DNA of 64,000 nucleotides from an uncultured Rickettsiales bacterium (GTDB lineage: Bacteria; Pseudomonadota; Alphaproteobacteria; Rs-D84), in contig URBZ01000002.1 of assembly GCA_900546225.1 (NCBI GenBank), positions 78,411 through 142,410 of the forward strand, written 5' to 3'. Position numbers and translations under genes: made by a program. The notes below the pieces were generated by a model. That model saw nothing but the letters and a program-made list of their open reading frames with translations, was not told where the DNA came from and searched no databases. Every line of letters starts with the position of its first letter. The first letter of the stretch is position 1. Positions 20,705-30,345 of this stretch are shown here, one piece after another.

Positions 20705-20947
20705 TTACAATTCGTTTTGTTTGTTTGCAAAGTATTTGGTGAAATTACTGACGCTTTCGCCGGTCGCCGCCAAGATTTTTGCAATACTGCCAGTTGATGG
20801 CCAACGTGGCTGGCCATATTTTGACCAACGTTTACTTTTGTTAAAAATTGTTGGATCCAAACCGCTGCGACGCGCCAAGCCAGAACAGGACATTTTGTGC
20901 GCACTGGCAAAGCAATCGATTGCGTACCATACATCACTGTGTGTCAT
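20705..20947 (-). CDS. small HTH DNA-binding protein (XRE/CI-like)
   Basis: 80 aa; MSCSGLARRSGLDPTIFNKSKR resembles an HTH recognition helix. The overlapping plus-strand ORF 20643..21050 is less plausible. Confidence 0.35.
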   Translation of the reverse strand: MTHSDVWYAIDCFASAHKMSCSGLARRSGLDPTIFNKSKRWSKYGQPRWPSTGSIAKILAATGESVSNFTKYFANKQNEL

Positions 20948-21248
20948 TTATTTTTTCACCTTTGTCTGTTTGTTGTTTTGTCTATATTCACAATATAACC
21001 CCAGTGGGGATTTTTCCGGCTATACTCTTTTTATATGTGACCGTGTATAAATCGGAGCAGGCAGCAAAAACCGCAGAAATCTGGGAAAAAACTTACAATA
21101 AAGGGAAAATGCAACGATTTTTTTCTTAGCACAAATTTTTTTATTGTGACATATGTCCTGCGCTTCTAAGACAAATGTCTTGTGGTTATTTATTATCAAC
21201 CGATTCGTTTGAGAAACAAAAAACGGGGCGATGCCCCGTTTGGTATTT

Positions 21249-22610
21249 TTAAGCATTTATGATTTCGGTCACTCGACGCGGTACGTCTGCAATGGCGACG
21301 CGTTCCTGACTCATATCATCACGATGACGCAATGTTACAGTACCGTCTTCCAGCGTCTGGTGGTCAACCGTTATGCAAACTGGTGTACCGATTTCATCGT
21401 GACGACGATAGTTTTTACCGATGTTACCGGAATTTTCCAGCTCAATACGGCCGATATGCAGCGCACGCAATGCATTTTCAATATCGTTTGCGGCCTGAAC
21501 CAATTCGGGTACATTACGCGCCAATGGAATAACCGCCGCCTTGACCGGTGCAAGTTTTGGTTTCAATTTCAAAACCGTGCGGGTCTTGCCATCTGGCAAT
21601 GTTTCTTCGGTATATGCCTCTATCATAACTGCCAACATTGCGCGGTTCACGCCCATTGCGGTTTCAATGACGAATGGAATAAAACTTTCGCCCGTCTGGG
21701 GATCAGAATACGCCAATTTAACCGTACTGTCGTGATTTTCCATGACATGCGCAGAAATATGAAATTCATTTTGCGCCTTGGTATGCGAACCCAAATCAAA
21801 GTCCTGACGGTTGTGAACACCTTCGACCTCGTCAAAGCCATCTGGGAATGCGTATTCGATGTCACCCGCGGCCTTGGCATAATGGGCCAATTTTTCGTGT
21901 GGTGTGAAACGCAATTTGTCCGCAGGAATGCCCAGCACATTTACCCACCATGCCATACGCGTCTTCTTCCATTCTTCGAAATATTTCGCATCATCGGCAG
22001 GATTGATAAAATACTGCATTTCCGCCTGTTCAAATTCGCGCATACGGAATACAAATCCACGTGGGGAAATTTCGTTACGGAATGCCTTGCCAATTTGGGC
22101 AATACCAAACGGCAATTTATGTGGGCACGCGTCCAAAACGTTTTTGAAATTCACATATGTTGTGGTCGCTGTTTCTGGGCGCAGGTACGCGTTGATTGCA
22201 CCATCGGCGGTTGCACCAATGGACAGCCCCATCATCAACTGGTACGCGCGTGGGTCGGTTAAATCCGTGCTGCCACAATTATCACACTTGGTTGGATCTT
22301 TCATTTTATCCTGACGCATGCGCGCGCCACATTTTTTGCATTCAACCAATGGATCAGAAAAACTGCCCTCGTGCCCTGAATATTTCCACATCAGTCGGTT
22401 GGAAATCAACGCCGCATCCAGCCCTTCGATATCATTACGGGAATAAATCATGGCGTTCCACCATGCGTTCTTAATATTCTTCATCAATTCAACACCGTAT
22501 GGGCCGTAATCGTATGCGCCACCCAAACCGCCATAGATTTCAGAACCTGTGAAAATAAAACCGCGCCGCTTGCACAATGCGACGATATCATTTACTGATT
22601 TTGCTGGCAT
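21249..22610 (-). CDS. glyQS: glycine--tRNA ligase (dimeric alpha2 type)
   Basis: 453 aa; class II motifs, N-terminus VALCKRRGFIFTGSEIYGGLGGAYDYGPYG. Confidence 0.85.
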   Translation of the reverse strand: MPAKSVNDIVALCKRRGFIFTGSEIYGGLGGAYDYGPYGVELMKNIKNAWWNAMIYSRNDIEGLDAALISNRLMWKYSGHEGSFSDPLVECKKCGARMRQDKMKDPTKCDNCGSTDLTDPRAYQLMMGLSIGATADGAINAYLRPETATTTYVNFKNVLDACPHKLPFGIAQIGKAFRNEISPRGFVFRMREFEQAEMQYFINPADDAKYFEEWKKTRMAWWVNVLGIPADKLRFTPHEKLAHYAKAAGDIEYAFPDGFDEVEGVHNRQDFDLGSHTKAQNEFHISAHVMENHDSTVKLAYSDPQTGESFIPFVIETAMGVNRAMLAVMIEAYTEETLPDGKTRTVLKLKPKLAPVKAAVIPLARNVPELVQAANDIENALRALHIGRIELENSGNIGKNYRRHDEIGTPVCITVDHQTLEDGTVTLRHRDDMSQERVAIADVPRRVTEIINA

Positions 22611-22710
22611 TTTAATCCTCTATTTTTAACGCACCAATTATTATACTGTTTTTGCGTATTTGCAACAAAAAGAAACGGGGCGTTTGCCCCGCTTTATTAC
22701 CAATGCATAC

Positions 22711-22893
22711 TTACTGTACATCGGGGGCAATCGCCGCAACCGGACACACCGCCGCACATGTACCGCACGAAATGCACTTTGCTGGGTCAATCGCACACTT
22801 GCCATCAGATGTGGTCGCAATCGCACATACAGGACATGCGCCCATACATGTGTGACAGCCGATGCATTTAGATGGGTCAATTTTATACGCCAT
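22711..22893 (-). CDS. 2x[4Fe-4S] ferredoxin
   Basis: 60 aa with two CxxCxxCxxxCP motifs; terminator at 22668-22698. Confidence 0.75.
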   Translation of the reverse strand: MAYKIDPSKCIGCHTCMGACPVCAIATTSDGKCAIDPAKCISCGTCAAVCPVAAIAPDVQ

Positions 22894-22918
22894 TTTTTCT
22901 TTCCTTTTTTGGTTTTAC

Positions 22919-23650
22919 TTAGTCGCGGTTAAACAAACTCAGCAAATACTGGAACATCGCAATGAACGAGATGTACAGGTGCAACGCGCCCAATACCGCC
23001 AACTGGTTTTTCTGGTGTTCATCACCGCCCATTGCATTGTATGCATATTTCAAATTCTGCATATCATACGCGGTGAACAGTGCGAATACCAATACGCCAA
23101 TCAGGCATACGACTGTGCCAAATGTACCGCCGATAATCGCCGGCCAAATGAATGACGCCAATCCGACCAAGATTAAACCAATCATGCCCATGGTCAAGAA
23201 TACACCCAAGAATGACAGGTTCTTGATGGTCTTGTAACCGAACAACGCCATGCACGCGAACATAACCGCCGCCAGTACAAACGCCGCGATAATTGTAATC
23301 GGGTTGTTATACAATGCGAACAGCAACAAAGGTGTCATCACGATACCCAATGTCGCGGCATAGACGAACAGAATTGCCGCCGCGCGCGCCGGTGACATTG
23401 AAAATGCACGTGCCTGTGCCCATAAGGACAACCCCAATCCACCGAACATCAAAATGTAATACAGTGGTGACATGCCTGTTTCGGTGAACATCATGCCAAT
23501 CAGTGGCGTTACCATCGTGATAAACGACGCCAATGCCGTTACGCCAATCGCAGCAAACATCAGTGCGAATACGCGTTTCAGGTACAATCCCATGCCGTTA
23601 TTGTGTGCGGCGGCGGGCGACACCTGGTTCAATGATTTCTTTGCAATCAT
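22919..23650 (-). CDS. Bax inhibitor-1/YccA family membrane protein
   Basis: Start trimmed to ATG 23650 (RBS AAGGAGA). 243 aa, seven TM helices. N-terminal FLRKVY-like motif (GLYLKRVFALM). Confidence 0.65.
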   Translation of the reverse strand: MIAKKSLNQVSPAAAHNNGMGLYLKRVFALMFAAIGVTALASFITMVTPLIGMMFTETGMSPLYYILMFGGLGLSLWAQARAFSMSPARAAAILFVYAATLGIVMTPLLLFALYNNPITIIAAFVLAAVMFACMALFGYKTIKNLSFLGVFLTMGMIGLILVGLASFIWPAIIGGTFGTVVCLIGVLVFALFTAYDMQNLKYAYNAMGGDEHQKNQLAVLGALHLYISFIAMFQYLLSLFNRD

Positions 23651-23714
23651 AACTTTCTCCTTGTTATTCACCGAATATATAATACAATGCCCCCGTAATT
23701 TCAAGGGATTTAAG

Positions 23715-24569
23715 ATGGCAATAACAGTCAACCCAATTTCACCTGTTGCGTTTTCTGTCCTGGGCGTGGACATTCGTTGGTACGCGTTGGCGTATATTGC
23801 CGGATTCATTGCGGGGTACTATTTGTTCCGCCACCTGATGCGGCGCAGTGACAGCCAGATTAAATTAAACAAGACCCAAATGGACGACCTGTTGACCGCC
23901 GTGATTTTGGGCGTGATTCTTGGGGGACGTTTGGGATACGTGTTGTTCTATAACCTGCCCTATTTTCTGGCGCACCCGTTACAGATATTTATGGTGTGGA
24001 ATGGCGGTATGAGTTTCCATGGCGGGCTGATTGGTGTAATCGTGGCGACATTTTTCTATGCACACAAATTGCATCGCGCATCAAACAGTGGCATCACGGG
24101 TGGCACAGTGAATATCGCGCTGCGCATACTGGACTTGCTGGCCGTGGTGACACCGATTGGATTCTTTTTCGGGCGCATTGCAAACTTTATAAATATGGAG
24201 GTTATGGGTCGTCCAACCGACATGCCATGGGGCGTTGTGTTTAACGGCTACACCCAAATCCCATTGCACCCCAGCCCATTGTACGAGGCCACCGCCGAAG
24301 GCATTGTCTTGTTCACGTTTATGTATTGTATGTATCGTTTCACGGGACTGCGCCGGCACGCGGGCGCGATTGGCGGGGTGCTGGGTATGGCATATGCCAC
24401 CGCGCGTATATTCTGTGAACAGTTCCGTATGCCGGACGCACAAATCGGATTTTTAACAAATTGGGGGCTGACCATGGGCCAGTTGCTGTCGGCGATAATG
24501 TTTGCCGCCGGCGCGACGCTGTTTGCCTGTGCGATGCGGGGGGACAAAACCAAAGGACAAATCAAATGA
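23715..24569 (+). CDS. lgt: prolipoprotein diacylglyceryl transferase
   Basis: 284 aa from ATG 23715 (RBS AAGGGA); Lgt signature GGMSFHGGLIG and N-terminal ISPVAF...IRWYALAYI. Confidence 0.85.
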   Translation: MAITVNPISPVAFSVLGVDIRWYALAYIAGFIAGYYLFRHLMRRSDSQIKLNKTQMDDLLTAVILGVILGGRLGYVLFYNLPYFLAHPLQIFMVWNGGMSFHGGLIGVIVATFFYAHKLHRASNSGITGGTVNIALRILDLLAVVTPIGFFFGRIANFINMEVMGRPTDMPWGVVFNGYTQIPLHPSPLYEATAEGIVLFTFMYCMYRFTGLRRHAGAIGGVLGMAYATARIFCEQFRMPDAQIGFLTNWGLTMGQLLSAIMFAAGATLFACAMRGDKTKGQIK

Positions 24570-24832
24570 TTCTGGATTACAAGTTGCCCGATGTCTTGGT
24601 TGCGAACCTGACCGACACTGGCGCGTGTGATAAATGTTGCTTTAACGGATTCTTTCCGGCGTGTTTCAAATTACAATGCGAAGCACCCAATGGCAAGGTT
24701 GTGCACTGGACACTGGCACATGATTGTAACCCATTTTATATACCCGACCTGTGGCGCGAATACGCACGCACAGCCCCAAATTACACAAAAATGTGCACAG
24801 CCAAAATTGCACAGGCGCAAAAAACAAAATAA
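24566..24832 (+). CDS. Cys-rich small protein, translationally coupled to lgt (ATGA overlap)
   Basis: 88 aa, 9 Cys; terminator hairpin CCCGTCGCG..CGTGACGGG + T-run at 24855-24890. Confidence 0.35.
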   Translation: MILDYKLPDVLVANLTDTGACDKCCFNGFFPACFKLQCEAPNGKVVHWTLAHDCNPFYIPDLWREYARTAPNYTKMCTAKIAQAQKTK

Positions 24833-25171
24833 GACAGCAGTTGCATATCCCGTCGCGCGTTCTGGAATCGTGACGGGTTCTTTTTCTTGAATTTATCTGG
24901 TAAATGTGTCAACATATACACCAGAATCAACCCGGAATGTTGGTTCGGGGCTGTGGTAAGCCCAATATATTCGGTGCAAGTGCATCGTAATCTGATGTTT
25001 CCGGTGCATTTTGCATCGTAATCATCCCCTTGCCATTTGGTTGGGGGGCTGTTCGCTATAAGGATTTATCCAAAGGCAACAGAATCACTGATATATTGAT
25101 TTACCAACTCCCCAACCGCCATTTCCGTGGGCGGTTTCTTTGTTTTGTTTATATGCCAAGGGGGAATTGAC

Positions 25172-26038
25172 ATGACACAGGTTGCAATTTTGTATATTGC
25201 GCTCGGTCGCTATACGGTGTTTTGGGACGATTTTTACAAATCGTGTGAAAGATATTTGACACCGTGTGACAAACATTACTTTATCTGGACGGACAGTCCG
25301 ACGTCCGCGATGCGTGGTAAAAACATCACGATTATCCCGACACAAAAACGTGGGTGGCCGTATGACAGCCTGATGCGTTTTGAGATGTTTCTGGGGGTGG
25401 CAGATAAACTGAAACAGTTTGATTATGTTTTCTTTTTTAATGCGAATTTCCAATTTTATAACCCGGTGGATTTGGCAGAAATCACCCCGCGCGAATGGCA
25501 TAATGGACTGGTTGCCGGGTTGCATCCGGGGCCGTCCGGCGATATCCATCAGGTCCCAGATAATTACCCGTATGAACGGCGTCCTGAATCCACCGCGTGC
25601 GTGCCGTATTGGCGCGGCCGCCACTATGTGTGCGGTGCATTTAATGGGGGAACGGCGGCCGCGTTTCTGAAAATGTGCCGCGTGCTGGCGAAAAACGTCC
25701 AAACCGATTTGCAACATAATATTGTGGCATGTGTTGATGATGAATCACACCTGAACGCATATTTGGTTGAACATCCGGATTTCTTGCTGTGCGGCCGCGC
25801 ATATGGTTTCCCCGAAGGAGCAATAAAACATATCCCGCGGCGCCAACGCGTAATGATAAAAATAATCAGTCGGGCCAAGGACAGCACAAAATACGGCGGA
25901 ACACAGTGGTTGCGCGGAAATACGGATAAAAAGATGTCAACCAGTATATTCGCAGCGATTATTCGTAAATTGTTGCGCGTGGTTGCATGCATGGTGCCGT
26001 CACAAAAATTGCGTCGTAAAATTCGCGGTCTGTATTAA
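25172..26038 (+). CDS. putative glycosyltransferase-like protein (hypothetical)
   Basis: 288 aa from ATG 25172 (RBS AAGGGGGA). The family assignment is a guess from WDDF...YFIWTD...YVFFFNANFQ hydrophobic/acidic patterning. Confidence 0.35.
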   Translation: MTQVAILYIALGRYTVFWDDFYKSCERYLTPCDKHYFIWTDSPTSAMRGKNITIIPTQKRGWPYDSLMRFEMFLGVADKLKQFDYVFFFNANFQFYNPVDLAEITPREWHNGLVAGLHPGPSGDIHQVPDNYPYERRPESTACVPYWRGRHYVCGAFNGGTAAAFLKMCRVLAKNVQTDLQHNIVACVDDESHLNAYLVEHPDFLLCGRAYGFPEGAIKHIPRRQRVMIKIISRAKDSTKYGGTQWLRGNTDKKMSTSIFAAIIRKLLRVVACMVPSQKLRRKIRGLY

Positions 26039-26158
26039 AGAAAACACTTGCCAACCGGGTCACATTAAACTATACTGCCACCACACAGCATTAAAACATG
26101 CGACGTGGTGCGAACAAAACCGCAGGTTTGAAAGACCGGCGGAAAAAGAAACAGTTTC

Positions 26159-26248
26159 GGATGGGTGGCAGAGCGGTCGAATGCGACGGTCTTGAAAACC
26201 GCTGAAGGGGCAACTCTTCCGGGGGTTCGAATCCCTCCCCATCCGCCA
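26159..26248 (+). tRNA. tRNA-Ser (anticodon TGA), type II, CCA encoded
   Basis: Acceptor GGATGGG/CCCATCC, discriminator G, CCA. Anticodon loop CTTGAAA. Long variable arm. T-arm GGGGGTTCGAATCCCTC. Followed by terminator hairpin CATCCCGTGG..CCACGGGATG + T-run (26258-26292). Confidence 0.8.
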
Positions 26249-26476
26249 GGAAAATTAGACATCCCGTGGTAATCCCACGGGATGTTCTTTTTCGCCCCAT
26301 TTCCGGCGGTTTTTCTGCACGATGTTACCGGTGTATATTATCCCTTGCACTCAATCCGCCCAAAATCCAGCAACTTATATACCTTGCCCAAAATCTCGAC
26401 GCCAGTTTCTTGTTGTTTTTTGTGGATTTTATAATAATTTGTTTTAACATAAAACGAATAAAACGACAGAAATCAA

Positions 26477-27451
26477 ATGACACAAGATAATAAAGTAATA
26501 AAATTAGAAACTTTTTCCACTCATTTCTTTACAAATGGGGCAGACAAGCATTTTATAATAGCGGAAGATTATAAAATATTTATAGAAAGCATAGAACAGA
26601 TACTAGCGAACATAAATACGGAATTACTGAAAGGACAAGCAAAGTACGAATTATGCATTGTTGCAAATAAAGAAGGTGGTTTTTGGAGTACTGTTGGTGT
26701 GCTTGGGACTTTAATAAGTATACCTGCTGCATTGGATTCAGAACTTATACATGGTTTCTATACAGGATTAACTGGACACGATTATGATTTAAGAAGTGTC
26801 GGTGAAAATGTTGGAAGTTTTTTACGAGATGCAACTGTCGGTATTTTTTCTAAAAATGCGACAGAACTGTCGAAAATTATACCCAAAGAATTGAATCTAG
26901 ACAAAGCGATTTATGCTAAAAATGGGTTCTATCGTATGTGCGCTACAAATCAAGACATTAGGGGGGTGTCTTTTTCTGATAGCAATGAGCCAGAAATTCA
27001 AAAGAAAGATTTTGTAAATTATATTGTGTCCGATACCGACAAAAATTTGCCAGCAGAACAGTTTATAGATATTGTTACAATTGTTAAATCGGTAAATGTA
27101 AAAAGTGATGCTAAATGGTCGGTAAAAATTGGCGAAAGTGCCAAACCTAAATCTGTAGAAATGTTAGACGACGAATTTAAAAAAGAATTCCTATCTGGCC
27201 GATATGCAATAAAACAGACCGAACAAGATGACACGATGACGGTTTTATTAGAAAAAAAGAAAAAATATGTCAACGGACATGAACAAGACGCAGGTTTATC
27301 CATAGTAAAAGTATATAAATTTAATGATACACAAATATTACCAATTCCATCAGATATCGCTCATAAAACACGCCGTCCAAAAATAGATTTGTTTAATTTT
27401 CAAGATAATATTACAACTGATTCTTCCATGCAATCTGAAACAAATCGTTAA
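26477..27451 (+). CDS. hypothetical protein (first gene of the AT-rich island)
   Basis: 324 aa ORF, low GC, no recognisable motif. Confidence 0.4.
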   Translation: MTQDNKVIKLETFSTHFFTNGADKHFIIAEDYKIFIESIEQILANINTELLKGQAKYELCIVANKEGGFWSTVGVLGTLISIPAALDSELIHGFYTGLTGHDYDLRSVGENVGSFLRDATVGIFSKNATELSKIIPKELNLDKAIYAKNGFYRMCATNQDIRGVSFSDSNEPEIQKKDFVNYIVSDTDKNLPAEQFIDIVTIVKSVNVKSDAKWSVKIGESAKPKSVEMLDDEFKKEFLSGRYAIKQTEQDDTMTVLLEKKKKYVNGHEQDAGLSIVKVYKFNDTQILPIPSDIAHKTRRPKIDLFNFQDNITTDSSMQSETNR

Positions 27452-27710
27452 CGTTGATTTTGAATTTCCCTGACAAGATTTCGTTAATCTTGTCCGGATT
27501 CATATATGCCAGGTCGAGGTGGCGATAAAACTGACGTGGGGATGTGTGTTCGGATGCGATGATTTTGTCTGCATCGCCACATTCTTCATATGTTTCCCGA
27601 TACTTCCATGCGATGGCAAAGGCTTTGACGATCAGGAGATTATTATCGGTGACGGTCAAGACTCTGTTCTTGGATTTATTAAACACTGTGTTCACATACT
27701 GACGTAGCAC
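27411..27710 (-). pseudogene. N-terminal fragment of a P4-type tyrosine integrase (arm-binding DUF4102-like region only)
   Basis: 99 aa; LLIVKAFAIAWKYRETY...SPRQFYRHLDLAYMNPDKI matches the LYLxVxPxGxKxWxxRYR...LGxYPxxSLAxAR N-terminal integrase pattern. No catalytic domain follows. Confidence 0.3.
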
Positions 27711-27979
27711 AATCGGTATGGTTAAAACTATTCTGTTGCCGCCACAGCTGTAGAATTGGCCGGTAAATCACCAGAAATGACCAAGAAATTATTGGCAGCA
27801 TCGGTGGGAAATAATGTACTGATTGCAACCGGTTACACCATATACCATTACTTTGCTTAGCATTTAAAAGTTTATTATAATCTTATAATCATCAATAAGT
27901 TATGCCAGAAGCCGCGATATAATTTTGTTGCAATTGTTCGTTTTTGTACTAGTATCAAGTGGGTGGGGAGAGGACAACT

Positions 27980-29152
27980 ATGAAAGGTGCCACAATGCTT
28001 TTACGCAATAATTTATTTCGTTTTGAGAAGCCGGACAATTTCCAAAATCTTTCAACTTCCAGATTAATGAATGGTTTGGTTTATGATTTTAACGATCCTT
28101 ATATTCCATTTTTTACACCAATTGGTACACGACTGTTCAACAACATAGAAAATATATTTAAACAAAATGCTATGCGTATTGATTGTAATGAGGTTATTAT
28201 TCCACAATTAATGACCACAGAGTTATTGACCCAAGGTCAAGAAATTGGTGAATTGTTTGGGCGTAAAGTAATGCATCTATCAGGTACGATGGCAGAGTTC
28301 CATCTTCTTACATCTCCGGAGATGATGTTTATAAATATGTTGAAAAAAAATAACATAGAGAGTAATGCGCTGCCAATACATTACTATTTTGTATCTAATT
28401 TTTTCAGAGATATGCATGATCCAAAAAACATACTTCGAACTAAGCAATTGCGTGTTATTGCAGGTATTTCTTTTGACAAAACACAGAATGATAGATTGAA
28501 GACAGAAAATAAACTGTTACAAACTTTGCACAACACGTTTGTTGATTGTAAAGTCCCATTCTTAGCAGAGTATGGCTCTAGTGGATTTACGTGCGAATAT
28601 TTTTACATGAATTCCAAAGAAACAGAAAACTATATAATTCCAAGCATAAATCCGCACAAGAAAACAAAAGCTCTCAGCTTCGCAATGATTTATGATTATG
28701 GTCAAGAATGTCCATTTGATGTTTTACACAAAAATTCAGTAACAGGGCTAAAAGACAAAACCTTTATGACATCATACGCAATAAGCGCCCAGCGATTACT
28801 TTATGTAATAATGGATTCGTGCAGAGATAGCAAAGGCTTTTCAATGCCATCTAATATCCGTCCATACGATGTCGCGCTCATAACAAATGAACAGCAATCG
28901 GATATAGCGCAGAAAATGGCGCGAGATTTGTCATGCAGTGGTATCTCTTCCTATATAGACAATATGTTTACTAAGGCGCACGTTAAGCGTCTGGATGTTG
29001 CCGATTACATAGGAGTCGGATTAAAAATTGTTAATAAGAATGATAAGTTTACTGTCTTTAACCGCGATGGAGAGATGCTGATAACAGGCTTCGCACCAGA
29101 CCTGATTATTTCAGCGGTTAAGGATTCGATTATAGCACAAAAACAAAAATAG
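27980..29152 (+). CDS. class IIa aminoacyl-tRNA synthetase paralog (ProRS/HisRS/ThrRS-like catalytic core plus a C-terminal anticodon-binding-like domain)
   Basis: 390 aa from ATG 27980 (RBS GGAGAGGA). Motif-1-like VIIPQLMTTELLTQGQ. Motif-2-like FFRDMHDPKNILRTKQLRVIAGISFD. Motif-3-like SYAISAQRLLYVIMD. C-terminal PYDVALITNEQ...GISSYIDN...DYIGVGLKIVNK..FTVFNRDGE resembles the HGTP anticodon-binding fold. Confidence 0.55.
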   Translation: MKGATMLLRNNLFRFEKPDNFQNLSTSRLMNGLVYDFNDPYIPFFTPIGTRLFNNIENIFKQNAMRIDCNEVIIPQLMTTELLTQGQEIGELFGRKVMHLSGTMAEFHLLTSPEMMFINMLKKNNIESNALPIHYYFVSNFFRDMHDPKNILRTKQLRVIAGISFDKTQNDRLKTENKLLQTLHNTFVDCKVPFLAEYGSSGFTCEYFYMNSKETENYIIPSINPHKKTKALSFAMIYDYGQECPFDVLHKNSVTGLKDKTFMTSYAISAQRLLYVIMDSCRDSKGFSMPSNIRPYDVALITNEQQSDIAQKMARDLSCSGISSYIDNMFTKAHVKRLDVADYIGVGLKIVNKNDKFTVFNRDGEMLITGFAPDLIISAVKDSIIAQKQK

Positions 29153-29221
29153 TTAAACTGCTTTGCGAGAAGAAAGATACTGTAATTTTCAGAAACAGTA
29201 TAGTGGCTTTTTGAAAAACCA

Positions 29222-29252
29222 GAAAATGCTTGGTAATAATTACATTACTACC
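29222..29252. terminator. bidirectional terminator between the convergent aaRS-like gene and the MccF-like gene (GCTTGGTA...TACCAAGC flanked by A/T runs)
   Basis: 8-bp inverted repeat with A-run upstream and T-run downstream. Confidence 0.5.
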
Positions 29253-29271
29253 AAGCAAAATTTTTACCCGC

Positions 29272-30312
29272 TTAGATAACAGCATTTTCTAAGATAGAAA
29301 ACTTTTTATTTATCATATCCATCTCTGCCAATGCGCCATATGGCAGGTAAAACATAGGGTCTGTGTGTCCGAAATCCATTTGGGTTATAATAGGCATATC
29401 ACTACGACCACATTCGCGTGTGATTGTCAGTAATGCATTTTCGTAAATTGATAAATTGTCTCTGCTGCCTTTTGCCCGTCCCATAATAATCCCCGATATT
29501 CTGTTAAGGATTCCTTGGGCTGCTAAACTGCGCAACCAATACAAAAGCATATCTTCTGGTGGCAAGCTTTCGGACGTTTCAAGAAATAAAATTGCTTTAT
29601 CAAATTCATCCGTTTTAGGAAATAGCTCTGTCCCTGTCAGCATCAATAATACCTCAAAACAACCACCAATCAATCTGCCACGCACTACAGAATTACCTTG
29701 CAAATAATTTGGCCCAGTATATGGATACAGTTTCCGTTTGATTTTTAAATTTTCAGGATATGTCCAATCTAAAAATTCGTCTGTCCAACCATCGGTTGCG
29801 GGTAAAATTTCCCCGATGACATCAGTAGCAAATAATGTTTTCTTTGTTTGCTCTATTGTATATGGAAACAAGCTGACATTTTCGCCGAACCCAGCCATTA
29901 CGGTAGGTCCATAGATAGAGCTTAATCCCGCTTTATAGCACATAAAGTGAATTGCGGTTGGATCAGAATACCCCAAAAAAATCTTTGGATTATTTTTGAT
30001 GATATTCAAATCCAGATATGGGAATAATCTGATACAATCATCACCACCAATGATAGAAATAATCGCTTTTACTTCTGGATTTTCAAACGCCCACATCAGG
30101 TCTTTTGCACGTTCTTCGGGATGTTCATATAAATAATCAATTGATTGCAAAGCGTTCGGAGTTTCTATCACTTTTAGCCCAAAGTTATTTTCTATTTGAC
30201 TTTTCCCCCATTGATATTGATGCGGGAAACGACTTGCTGAACCATAAGAGCAACTAATTGCTGCAACTGTATCGCCAACTTGCAGGGCTTTGGGTTTTAT
30301 TAATGTTTTCAT
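29272..30312 (-). CDS. S66-family serine peptidase, MccF-like (microcin C7 self-immunity / LD-carboxypeptidase fold)
   Basis: 346 aa (MccF is about 344, LdcA about 304). Motifs VGDTVAAIS, IIGGDD, GYSDPTAIH (nucleophile Ser), ...MDFGHTDPMFYLPYGALAEMD (catalytic His). RBS AAGGGAGAA. Confidence 0.75.
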   Translation of the reverse strand: MKTLIKPKALQVGDTVAAISCSYGSASRFPHQYQWGKSQIENNFGLKVIETPNALQSIDYLYEHPEERAKDLMWAFENPEVKAIISIIGGDDCIRLFPYLDLNIIKNNPKIFLGYSDPTAIHFMCYKAGLSSIYGPTVMAGFGENVSLFPYTIEQTKKTLFATDVIGEILPATDGWTDEFLDWTYPENLKIKRKLYPYTGPNYLQGNSVVRGRLIGGCFEVLLMLTGTELFPKTDEFDKAILFLETSESLPPEDMLLYWLRSLAAQGILNRISGIIMGRAKGSRDNLSIYENALLTITRECGRSDMPIITQMDFGHTDPMFYLPYGALAEMDMINKKFSILENAVI

Positions 30313-30345
30313 GCTGTTTTCTCCCTTGGTTTTATATTCGGAGCA

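Noticed and set aside
20643-21050. 135-aa plus-strand ORF
   Set aside because: Overlaps the more plausible minus-strand HTH gene (20705..20947); hydrophobic low-complexity sequence with no start context.
21231-22262. 343-aa plus-strand ORF
   Set aside because: Entirely antisense to glyQS, which has unmistakable class II GlyRS motifs.
26060-26300. Three overlapping minus-strand ORFs (60-69 aa)
   Set aside because: They overlap the tRNA-Ser gene and its terminator.
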